Shown here piece after piece: positions 17,044 through 25,986 of a stretch of 27,249 nt of DNA. Made by a program: the position numbers and the translations under genes. This DNA comes from Bdellovibrionales bacterium (GTDB lineage: Bacteria > Bdellovibrionota > Bdellovibrionia > Bdellovibrionales > DASUEL01), in the NCBI GenBank assembly GCA_050250255.1, contig JBFWOZ010000040.1, positions 1-27,249 of the forward strand, in the 5' to 3' direction. The notes beneath the pieces were generated by a model. The model worked only from the letters and a program-made list of their open reading frames with translations. It was not told the DNA's origin and made no database searches. Position 1 is the first letter of the stretch. Each line of letters starts with the position of its first letter.

Positions 17044-17661
17044 ATGAAAAAGCTACTACTCGTACTTGCCGGAGTCGGATTACTTACATCTTGTAACGAT
17101 ATCGACGGGATGCTTAGCGTTACAAGTCCACTCCTCATTAAAACTAAGAAAGAACAAGTCACTCTTGCTACAGGGCAATACAACGCAGAACTCGATTACG
17201 ATGAAGGCGACCGCACCATCGAATTTGAAATCAAAAATGCACGCGGTGACAAAGATTTGAAAAGCAAATTTGTTGTTCCAGCCGGAAGAAATCTTCCTCG
17301 TGAAAATGGGGAATTCACTCTGACAGCCCTAGAAATCGGTCAAGACTTTGATTTCCACGGATCTATTAAGACAATGTACTCACGATCTCAGCGTTACCGC
17401 ACCACTGAAAGCTGTTCTTACCAGCGTCCAGAGCGCGTTTGTTATCAGCGTACAGACCGCTACGGCCGTGTTTACTGGGATTGCCATACTGTATACCGCA
17501 CTTACTACGGTTACCGCGATGTTGAGTACCATGATGAGAGAACAGAGCGTGAAGTGGAAGCCGCTTTTGCCGCTCCAGGAAGCGATCAAACTTTAGCGCA
17601 ATTTGCAGGTCAGCGTACTGATACCGAAAGAGTTTACGACTACACTGGTGTTTGTCGCTAG
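17044..17661 (+). CDS. Hypothetical lipoprotein
   Basis: MKK plus hydrophobic stretch plus lipobox LLTSC; RBS AGGGGG; Arg/Tyr/Cys-rich insert. Confidence 0.8.
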   Translation: MKKLLLVLAGVGLLTSCNDIDGMLSVTSPLLIKTKKEQVTLATGQYNAELDYDEGDRTIEFEIKNARGDKDLKSKFVVPAGRNLPRENGEFTLTALEIGQDFDFHGSIKTMYSRSQRYRTTESCSYQRPERVCYQRTDRYGRVYWDCHTVYRTYYGYRDVEYHDERTEREVEAAFAAPGSDQTLAQFAGQRTDTERVYDYTGVCR

Positions 17662-17683
17662 TTTCTATTTTTTATGAAGACCT

Positions 17684-17718
17684 TAATGGCCAATCTAAAA
17701 CATTGGCCATTATTTTTT
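17684..17718 (+). terminator. Rho-independent terminator
   Basis: TAATGGCCAAT-ctaaaac-ATTGGCCATTA (11-bp stem) followed by TTTTTT, between convergent genes. Confidence 0.8.
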
Positions 17719-19567
17719 CAATCGATAGAGTCGGTAAGCGTTTTCTTTTACTAATTCAAAATGATTTTTAAAGAACTCGTCTTCTTGAACTCTCCATTGA
17801 TAATTTTTGTAATTATGGTTGGTGTATAAAAGAAAATCAGCATCGAGAGCCCTTAAGTTTTGATAAAGTTTTTCACTGGATACTGGTTCGTGCGGAGGCC
17901 CTAAGATTGTCGAAAAATTTCCAGGCCCTACCCAATCCCCAAGATAGGTTCCATCCACATAGTAACGAGGTTTTCTGAGTAAGTTACATATACTCGGTAA
18001 TCAGGCCCATTTATCTCATTGAGATACTTAATGGCCTCGTAAGCCGGAGCATTCTTCATAAGATACTTTTCTCGCGCGGCGTCTGTAAATGGAAAAGGTC
18101 CACGACCCTCAATCTTATGATAACTATAAAGTGGCGTACCGGTAATAATCCATTGCGCATAATGAGATGATCGTAAAACGGCGAACAAAAAAATTCCCTT
18201 TAAAACCATAGGACTGAAGCGATGCCATAGTTCGGGCCAAAATTTTTTGAAAAACAAAACTCCGCTCGCAATAAAAATACAATAAAGCGGAAGCGCAGGA
18301 AAAAAGTGTCGCATATTGTGAACACCTGAAAACCAAAAAACCGCATGAGCCAGAGCAAAAAAGAAAAGCCAACGGCTAATAGAAGAAACCCATAACGCCC
18401 ATACCGTAAATGGCAAGAGATAAAAAAGCCAACTCGTGTAGCGCGCTTCCATGATGTAGGCCATCATTCGAAATGCCATATTATAAGGCATCTGCAAAAA
18501 TGCCCAAAAACTTCGTTCGTGAGCCGTCTGCACCTCTAAAAAACCAAAAAGAGAATTCACCTCATCTTTTGACCAAAAAGTGTAACCAAAAATTTCGGGA
18601 TACATGGGAAACACTGGATTTCCAATCATGATCCAATTTCGTAAATACCACGGTCCAGCTGTTAACAAAAAGCACGCTCCAAAACCCCAAAAAGCACGAA
18701 ACTCTTTTCTGTACAGAGCGTAGATAAAGACAGTAGCTAATAAAACTCCCATTAAAAAAGCAGTGTTTAGCTTCACAGCGGTTGAGAACCCCGCCATGAG
18801 CCCTGCCATGAGAATCCATTCTCTCTTTGATTCTTCTAACCAATTTAAAAATGCGTAGATGGCAAATGTAGAGAAAAAAGCTGCCCCTAAGTCGACTAGA
18901 GCCGCCGTGGAGTGAAGCACCACAGAATCATTAGCAATAAACAACGCCAGAGCTATGTATGCTATGATTGGGTGAAAGTAACGTAGTCCGATAGAAAAGA
19001 GTCCTAATCCTAATACAAGACAATTAATAAACTGCAGGAGTTGCGCAGTCGTACCATTCCCGAAGGCAAGCCCAGTCACAAACTGCATGTGATTCAGCAT
19101 AACAGACATGGGGTAACGAAGATGCTCCAGCAAAGGAAGGGAACCTGTTTTTAAATAGACCTTGCAGAAGAGAGATGAATAGCCACCTCATCCCAACCGA
19201 AAGCGGGATAAAGGGCTAAAGAAAACCAAGGCAATGCTGCGATTACAAGTAGAGTTAAAAATCTCCCATGCCTATGAATCCAACTTCCAAAAACCATTAA
19301 AAAATTTTTGTGATCTGTATCAGAAATAACAAGAATAGCAAAAGGAAGAAATGTCCATAGCAGAAGGCTCACAGGATGAATCAGATGAAGAAGTCCAAGA
19401 ACAAAAATACCACTGCAATGAATCCCTAAACCCAAAGCATAACGAAAACAGAGTTCTTCCCAAAAGTGATGAAATTTATAGGTCCTGAGCCAAAGATAGC
19501 TCGCACAAAAACACGATGCCGTGATGAATGCGGTACTCAAGATGGCCTGTACAAGTTGCATAGCCAT
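17710..19567 (-). pseudogene. GT-C fold (ArnT/PMT-like) membrane glycosyltransferase split by two single-base frameshifts
   Basis: ORFs 19151..19567, 17928..19133 and 17710..17958 join into about 619 aa if one base is restored near 19160 and one near 17970. Motifs: WDEVAIHL, ALVDLG, AVKLN, PWYLRNWIMIGNPVFP; many TM helices. Confidence 0.8.
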
Positions 19568-19618
19568 TTATAGCCCGACGATAGATCCAAATCTACTACA
19601 ATTCATATCACAAAGCCC

Positions 19619-19646
19619 TTGACCTCCTTTTTACCCAAGCTATGAT
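19619..19646 (+). promoter_or_regulatory. Putative sigma70 promoter of glutamine synthetase
   Basis: TTGACC (19619-19624), 16-bp spacer, TATGAT (19641-19646). Confidence 0.5.
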
Positions 19647-19752
19647 AGTTTTCAGTTAACACTTCTTTAAAGCTGTCAGTTTTTAAGAGGTGTTTCACTT
19701 TAACTTTTTTAGAGTTCTGATAATTCTAAAAGAAACAGAAAGGACCACCAAG

Positions 19753-22020
19753 ATGTCAGACACATCTTTTTATGGCGACTTATATAATAAGGACACACGC
19801 TCTTCTCCTTCGGCAGCTAGAATCTCTGCCCTTACTTCCGCGGTTCAAAGGAAAACTATGAAATCGAACAAGCCCGTGGGCGCTAATGGTAATTCTGCGC
19901 CTATTTCTGAATATTTTGGTTGCTCTACATTTGGTCTCGCACAAATGCGCGAGAAAATTCCAAAGGATGCTTATCAAGCTCTCCTTAGAACTTTGGAGCA
20001 AGGAAAAAAACTTCCGCCTCAAGCCACTGAATCTATCGCAACCGCAATTAAAGAATGGGCCGTAACAAAAGGTTGTACGCATTTTTGCCATTGGTTTCAG
20101 CCGATGACGGGCCTCACAGCAGAAAAACATGACGCCTTTATTTCTATTCAGCATAACTATCATTCAGAGATCCGTGTGATCGAACGCTTCACCGGTGGGC
20201 AACTTGTGCAAGGTGAACCGGATGCTTCAAGCTTTCCAAGCGGGGGCATGCGCTCCACTTTTGAGGCTCGTGGCTATACGGCTTGGGATCCCACTTCCCC
20301 TCTTTTTATCTTAGAAGACCAGAGCGGAAAAACATTATGTATCCCAACGGTTTTTTTCGGATACCACGGACAAGCCCTTGATAACAAAACTCCACTTTTA
20401 AGATCCATTGAAGCGCTTTCTAAAGAAGCTTGTGATTTTTTAAAGTTAGTTGGGGATGTTGATGTTCGACGAATCAACACAACACTGGGCTGTGAACAAG
20501 AGTATTTCCTCATTGATAAAAGTTTTGTTTCTCTTCGCCCCGATTTGATCATGACAGGACGAACGCTTTTAGGAGCTTCTTCTTCGCGCGGTCAACAGCT
20601 TGAAGATCATTACTTCGGATCTATTCCAGGACGAGTGAAAGCTTTCATGGAAGATGCAGAACATGAACTCTACAAACTCGGTATTCCTATTAAAACAAGG
20701 CACAACGAAGTCGCACCTTCGCAATTTGAACTCGCCCCTATTTTTGAAGATGTGAATATCGCCGCCGATCACAATATTCTCACGATGGAAGTTTTAAAAC
20801 GCACAGCCCTTAAACACGGATTTGTTTGTCTTCTCCATGAAAAGCCATTTGCTGGAATCAACGGGAGCGGGAAACACAATAACTGGAGTATGAGTAACGA
20901 TAAGGGAGAAAATCTCCTTGATCCCGGAACAACTCCACATCAGAACTTGCGTTTTCTGGCCGTGCTCTCTGTGATTTTGAAAGCTGTGCATACACACGCG
21001 GATGCCATGCGTGCATCGATTGCTTCTGTCGGTAACGACCACCGTTTAGGGGCTAATGAAGCACCTCCAGCGATCATCTCCGTATTTTTAGGTTCTCTCT
21101 TGGATTCCATTCTCAACACCATTGAGTCTGGAAAAGTGCTTCAAGGAACAGAAAAGCAAATCATTGATTTAGGAGTGGAACAAATTCCAGATGTTTCGAA
21201 GGACTATACCGATCGCAACCGAACTAGCCCGTTTGCATTTACTGGAAATAAGTTTGAATTCCGAGCTGTGGGTTCTTCACAAAACGTCGCGGTACCAATG
21301 TCTTTCCTAAATGCCGCTGTGGCTAACACGTTTCAAATCGCAAGCGAAAGACTCAAAGAACTTTTAAAATCAAAAGGGAGTCGCGATGAAGCCGTTATCA
21401 CTTTGATTCGTGAATATGTAAAAGAATCTAAAGCGGTACGTTTTGAAGGCAATGGCTATTCTGACGAATGGAAAGTGGAAGCCAAAAAACGGGGTCTTCC
21501 AATTTTGAATAGCTCCGCCGAAGCGCTCGGCGTTTTAGACGATAAAAAGACGACGGAGTTTTTGGTCAAAACAAAAGTTCTTTCGGTAGAAGAAATCCAA
21601 AGCCGTTTTCATATTGCGGTGGAACGTTATGTAAAAACCGTAGAGATTGAAATCGCGACTCTTCTCGATTTAGCCAACACTTATGTCGTACCCGCCGTTG
21701 AAAAACAACTCGGTGTTCTCTACAACACTCAAGCTTCTGTGAACTCTTCAGCTCTTAAGACCACTTATACGAAACGTGTAAAGGCTCTTGAGGCTGAGCT
21801 CGATAGTATTTTAAAATCGATTGAAACAGTTCAAGAAAAATTGGAAAGCGTGCATAAACTCAGCGATGAGTCGGCGAAGATGAAAGCTCTCGCCCTGAAG
21901 GTTCAGCCCGAAGCTCTCGAATTAAGAGCGGCGGCGGATCGCGCAGAAGCTCTCGTATCGGATGAGTTTTGGCCACTTCCAAAATATCGAGAAATGTTGT
22001 TTGCGAATTCGCTCGGCTAA
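19753..22020 (+). CDS. glnA: Glutamine synthetase type III
   Basis: THFCHWFQPMTGLTAEKHD, GEPDASSFPSGG, HEKPFAGINGSGKHNNWS, DRNRTSPFAFTGNKFEFR and WPLPKY are GSIII signatures. Probable start ATG 19753. Confidence 0.95.
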   Translation: MSDTSFYGDLYNKDTRSSPSAARISALTSAVQRKTMKSNKPVGANGNSAPISEYFGCSTFGLAQMREKIPKDAYQALLRTLEQGKKLPPQATESIATAIKEWAVTKGCTHFCHWFQPMTGLTAEKHDAFISIQHNYHSEIRVIERFTGGQLVQGEPDASSFPSGGMRSTFEARGYTAWDPTSPLFILEDQSGKTLCIPTVFFGYHGQALDNKTPLLRSIEALSKEACDFLKLVGDVDVRRINTTLGCEQEYFLIDKSFVSLRPDLIMTGRTLLGASSSRGQQLEDHYFGSIPGRVKAFMEDAEHELYKLGIPIKTRHNEVAPSQFELAPIFEDVNIAADHNILTMEVLKRTALKHGFVCLLHEKPFAGINGSGKHNNWSMSNDKGENLLDPGTTPHQNLRFLAVLSVILKAVHTHADAMRASIASVGNDHRLGANEAPPAIISVFLGSLLDSILNTIESGKVLQGTEKQIIDLGVEQIPDVSKDYTDRNRTSPFAFTGNKFEFRAVGSSQNVAVPMSFLNAAVANTFQIASERLKELLKSKGSRDEAVITLIREYVKESKAVRFEGNGYSDEWKVEAKKRGLPILNSSAEALGVLDDKKTTEFLVKTKVLSVEEIQSRFHIAVERYVKTVEIEIATLLDLANTYVVPAVEKQLGVLYNTQASVNSSALKTTYTKRVKALEAELDSILKSIETVQEKLESVHKLSDESAKMKALALKVQPEALELRAAADRAEALVSDEFWPLPKYREMLFANSLG

Positions 22021-22043
22021 GACTTTGCCGAGCAGGTAGATTC

Positions 22044-22080
22044 AAAAAAAGAAAAAGGCGAAAGTTAATCTTTCGCCTTT
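22044..22080. terminator. Probably bidirectional terminator between convergent genes
   Basis: AAAGGCGAAAG-ttaat-CTTTCGCCTTT (22054-22080) preceded by an A-run. A second hairpin GCTCGGC/GCCGAGC lies at 22011-22033. Confidence 0.7.
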
Positions 22081-22310
22081 AATTTATCATCGTTTTCTTT
22101 GATGAATTGCTTAATATCTTCGGTAATTCCTAAAAGTTTTAACCATTGCTCTTTATAAAGAGTCACAGGAAAACGGCCCATTCCATAAATAGAAAGAGCT
22201 CCTTTTTCGCTCACCTTCATCGAGAGAGTACCCTTACCCATTTTTTTATTCTTCAGAGCTTCGTTCTCGGCTTTTAATTTTTCAATTTCGGCTTTTAAAT
22301 CTTCTGACAT
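22065..22310 (-). CDS. Small conserved hypothetical protein (coiled coil plus KVSEKGALSIYGMGRFPVTLYKEQW)
   Basis: ATG 22310 with RBS GAGG; 81 aa. I recall the motif as a widespread uncharacterised family. Confidence 0.85.
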   Translation of the reverse strand: MSEDLKAEIEKLKAENEALKNKKMGKGTLSMKVSEKGALSIYGMGRFPVTLYKEQWLKLLGITEDIKQFIKENDDKLKAKD

Positions 22311-22488
22311 ATAGACCTCATCTCTGATTAAAGAATAGCAGAGGTCGCTCAAGGGGCAATGGGTTTCCCATTAAGTATAGACAATGGGCTATTTGATGAG
22401 CAGCGTAAAACAGTATTTAGCCTGGATTCTGAATGAAGTATTCTGTTCGGGATTCTGTATTTAGTATTCGGAATACCGAGTTTTCCTA

Positions 22489-23325
22489 TTAACCACAAGG
22501 ATTTGCATCGCCTTCTTCAAGGAAAAAATATTGAGGTTCAATCGGCTTCCATTGTTCGGCTTCCATTGTTTGGTAAGCTGTACCTTTTGCTCCCGTGCTC
22601 GCGTTAAAGAAATCTACGTCACTTGCATGTCCGCAGAAACTTCCGCCTCCTCCTGTCCAAGGTCGATAAACCAGAACAAGAGAAATAAAGTCACGAGGCC
22701 CTTGAAAGTATCCAATATCTAAACTTTTATAGTTATCTCCATTGAAACTAATCGGAGCTGTTCCACAACCAAATTTGGTTTGGTGCCATCCGTCATTGTC
22801 AGTGATTTGCTGCTGACCATCCACTGCAACCACAGAACCATCATCACTCAAGATACCAATTTGGTAATCTCCTGCCGGAAGTTTCAAGCGTGACTTAATA
22901 TGGAGACCAAAAAACTCGGTGAGAATTTGACCGTTATTTCTAATTTTAGAGCTTCCGCTTCCGAAACCTTGGTCGAAGGTGACCGTAGGATTATTCAACT
23001 GTGAAAAGTAAATGCTGCTATTGAGAGCTGGTGTTGCAAGGTATCCCGCAAGAGAACCGCAACTTCCCCAGACAGCGAAACTACACTCTGAGGGATCTGC
23101 CCACGCATGAAGACTGGCTCTTAAGCCATTTCCAGGGGTCGTTGGCTCTCCACCGAAAGGGTTACAAATGGCGTTTGTTTGGGCCTGAGGCGGCGCTTTA
23201 TCAAACTCCACTTTAGAACAAGAAGTGATGAGAAGCATACTTAGAGCTGCGAAGCCAACTCCCACAAAAAGGCCAAATTTCGTCACCTTTTTCTGCTCAG
23301 ACTTTAATAGATTGATTTGAATCAT
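22489..23325 (-). CDS. PA14-domain lipoprotein
   Basis: Lipobox LITSC; EFFGLH, GDYQIGILSDDGS, DNDGWH and YFQGP PA14 motifs. ATG 23325 lies behind AAGGAG. Confidence 0.82.
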   Translation of the reverse strand: MIQINLLKSEQKKVTKFGLFVGVGFAALSMLLITSCSKVEFDKAPPQAQTNAICNPFGGEPTTPGNGLRASLHAWADPSECSFAVWGSCGSLAGYLATPALNSSIYFSQLNNPTVTFDQGFGSGSSKIRNNGQILTEFFGLHIKSRLKLPAGDYQIGILSDDGSVVAVDGQQQITDNDGWHQTKFGCGTAPISFNGDNYKSLDIGYFQGPRDFISLVLVYRPWTGGGGSFCGHASDVDFFNASTGAKGTAYQTMEAEQWKPIEPQYFFLEEGDANPCG

Positions 23326-23351
23326 ATAACTCACTCCTTGCTTAGGGATTG

Positions 23352-23367
23352 TGCAAGGGGTGTACCG
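23352..23367 (-). promoter_or_regulatory. Putative sigma54 (-24/-12) promoter
   Basis: Minus strand CGGTACACCCCTTGCA has GG-N10-GC spacing and TTGCA, 26 bp upstream of the PA14 gene start. Confidence 0.55.
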
Positions 23368-23501
23368 CGAAGAGACTCAGCATCGCAGTGGTTAGGACGT
23401 GCCTAGATAGCTAAACCTACCATCATCAAGTCAGGAGAAACCACATCACGATCCTCTTTGTTGTACAGCTGTATGGTTTTTTAACACGGGTCAATCCCTT
23501 C

Positions 23502-24056
23502 TTACCTTACACACCACTTCTCTTCAACAGAACAAGGACGACCTTTGATGTAATCCTGGAGCGCGTAAGTTTGTGGTTTAAGGTTTTTAAAGAAGACCAT
23601 AAACTTACCGTGCTTATCTAACAGGATCCAGGCATCTACTGCCGTAATATTCTGATATTTCATTTGATAATATGCCGCAAGACGACCCGTACGGTGACAA
23701 CCACAGTTGCAGCGAATTGCCACTTTTTTACCATGAGCTTTTGCATCTTGAATCCAACTATCAAATTCATCAAGAAACTGACCGGTTACGGGGATATCTT
23801 CATCTTGTTTCTCATTATAAATGACTTTCAAAGTAGGACACGCCGCTTGATGTTTCACTTCGTGATCTTGTGCGTTGCCACTCAGTACCATGATCTCGGT
23901 GATTCCCAATCGGCAGAACTCTTTCATATCCTTCTCATTAGGTTGGCCAGAACGATAAAAGGCAAATCCGTTATCTGTAGATTCAATGAGTTGTAGATTG
24001 TTTGCGAATAAGGTCGGCGTAAAAAAAGTAACGGCTAAAAAGATTGAAAGCTTCAT
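23502..24056 (-). CDS. Secreted tyrosine/dual-specificity phosphatase-like protein
   Basis: Signal peptide; FYRSGQP; CX5R loop CNCGCHR followed by TG; RBS AGGAG. Confidence 0.78.
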   Translation of the reverse strand: MKLSIFLAVTFFTPTLFANNLQLIESTDNGFAFYRSGQPNEKDMKEFCRLGITEIMVLSGNAQDHEVKHQAACPTLKVIYNEKQDEDIPVTGQFLDEFDSWIQDAKAHGKKVAIRCNCGCHRTGRLAAYYQMKYQNITAVDAWILLDKHGKFMVFFKNLKPQTYALQDYIKGRPCSVEEKWCVR

Positions 24057-24370
24057 CCTGAAATCTCCTCAATATTTGAATGCTTTTAGTATATCGAATG
24101 TTAGGAGGACGCTCACATTAGGTTTTTGTAATGTTGCAAAACACGACAGAAGCCTCACCTCGCCTAGCTCTCCGTCTAAGGCTATTTTGAGCCCGCTGAT
24201 TGCATTTCTTAGCCTCTAGGAACTGAAATTGAATTTAATTGAAGCTGAGACTTAGCCAAAGTACCCACGAAGGGCACCTTGCTATGCTTTAGACAGGGAC
24301 ATCCTAATGCTAGGCTTGAAATGGACCTCTTTTATTACAGCTTATATTCCTGATGAGTTTGGAGAGATTT

Positions 24371-25984
24371 ATGTACACTAAAATCTATTTAGGACTTATT
24401 CTGTTTTTCGGACTTGCATTTGAGGGGCACGCTCAGCAAGTTATCGTTCTACAGAGTGAACATATCACTTCTGCCCTCTCCTCACATCGTGATCCTAATT
24501 TCAATTTATCAGAATTACGTTCTCTTTACACACTTAGAAACAATACACCTCTATGGATTGTTAACGGACAGCTCTCTAGAAATGCCATGCAACTTAAGCA
24601 AATCTTCGAATCTTCCCACCAGCATGGCTTAAACCCGTCTGACTATCTAATCCCGAGAATTCAAAGTTTTTGGAATGCTAAGCAACCTGTGCCAGCTCTG
24701 GAACTCGAATTACTGCTCAGTCAAGCCGTCATTCTTTATGTATCAGATCTTTCTAACGGTCGACTACGTCCAGATTCTGTCGACAACGAAATTGATTTTC
24801 GAAAGCGGACCTTCACACATTATACTCAACTTAATAATATACTCACCAATAGCCAAAATCTCACAGCAGATCTTGAAAGATTTAGCCCACCACATCCTCA
24901 ATATCAAAAATTGAAACAAGAACTGGCTCGGTTACAAGCTCTACAAAAGCAAGGTTCTTGGACACGTGTCGAAACAAAAAGAGTATTGAAATCAGGATTC
25001 ACGGGCACAGATGTGGCTCATCTGAGAAAACGTCTCTTTGAAGAAGAGCACCTTTCTACCAATAACGAAAGCACTTCCTTTGATCTTGATCTTGTGAACG
25101 CAGTCAAAAGCTATCAATACCAGAATAATATGCCACAAGACGGGATTGTAGGTCCCAAAGTACTTGTAGCCCTCAACTCTTCCATAGAAAAAATGATCAA
25201 TTCTGTTATTGCAAATATGGAAAAGTGGCGATGGCTTCCTGCTCAATTCGGTGACCGATATATTTTCGTCAACACCGCTCACGCTTTTATGACCTTATTC
25301 GAGAACAAAGAAGAGGTGATGAGTATGAAAGTTGTTATCGGAAGAATGCTTCGACGCACACCTACCCTCGCTGATCGCATCACTGAAGTGCGTATGAATC
25401 CCTATTGGAATGTGCCTGAAAATCTTGTGAATAAGGACATTCTCTCGAACGCAAGAAAAAACGTTCAATATTTTACAAATGAGCAAATCAAAATTTTTGA
25501 CCGCGCTTCGAACGAAATCGATCCTACTACTATTGATTGGACCAATCTTAACGCAGGCTCAGTTCCTTACCGCTTCCGCCAAGAGCCTGGCGCACACAAC
25601 TCTTTAGGTCGAGTAAAATTTAATATGACGAACAATCGCGCTATCTACATGCACGACACGAATCACAAAGAGCATTTCCCCATGTCAGATCGTCACTGGA
25701 GCTCGGGTTGTATCCGATTAGAAAAACCCGTCGAACTCGCACAATACCTTTTAAGGGACAAAGGCGATTGGTCAAAAGAGGAGATTCTCCAATACACCAC
25801 CCGGCCGACACAAACTCAGGCCGATTTTTCTGTACCACTTACCACCCCCATGCCCGTTGTTGTGGCCTTTCTCACTGTTACTTTTGATAAAGAAGGCCGC
25901 GCCATTTACGCAAACGATGTTTACGGCCAAGATGAACGCATTATTCGAGCCTTTGAAACCGATGCTCAGGGATATCAGGACTAA
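24371..25984 (+). CDS. L,D-transpeptidase, YcbB/LdtD-like (scaffold, peptidoglycan-binding and YkuD domains)
   Basis: HGLNPSDY, AVKSYQ...DGIVGP, NMEKWRWLP, NPYWNVP, RQEPGAHNSLGRVKF, and catalytic IYMHDT...SSGCIR. ATG 24371 lies behind GGAG. Confidence 0.93.
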   Translation: MYTKIYLGLILFFGLAFEGHAQQVIVLQSEHITSALSSHRDPNFNLSELRSLYTLRNNTPLWIVNGQLSRNAMQLKQIFESSHQHGLNPSDYLIPRIQSFWNAKQPVPALELELLLSQAVILYVSDLSNGRLRPDSVDNEIDFRKRTFTHYTQLNNILTNSQNLTADLERFSPPHPQYQKLKQELARLQALQKQGSWTRVETKRVLKSGFTGTDVAHLRKRLFEEEHLSTNNESTSFDLDLVNAVKSYQYQNNMPQDGIVGPKVLVALNSSIEKMINSVIANMEKWRWLPAQFGDRYIFVNTAHAFMTLFENKEEVMSMKVVIGRMLRRTPTLADRITEVRMNPYWNVPENLVNKDILSNARKNVQYFTNEQIKIFDRASNEIDPTTIDWTNLNAGSVPYRFRQEPGAHNSLGRVKFNMTNNRAIYMHDTNHKEHFPMSDRHWSSGCIRLEKPVELAQYLLRDKGDWSKEEILQYTTRPTQTQADFSVPLTTPMPVVVAFLTVTFDKEGRAIYANDVYGQDERIIRAFETDAQGYQD

Positions 25985-25986
25985 TT

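Noticed and set aside
24272..24287. GGCAC...TGC sigma54-like motif upstream of the L,D-transpeptidase
   Set aside because: GG-to-GC spacing is 11 bp rather than the required 10.
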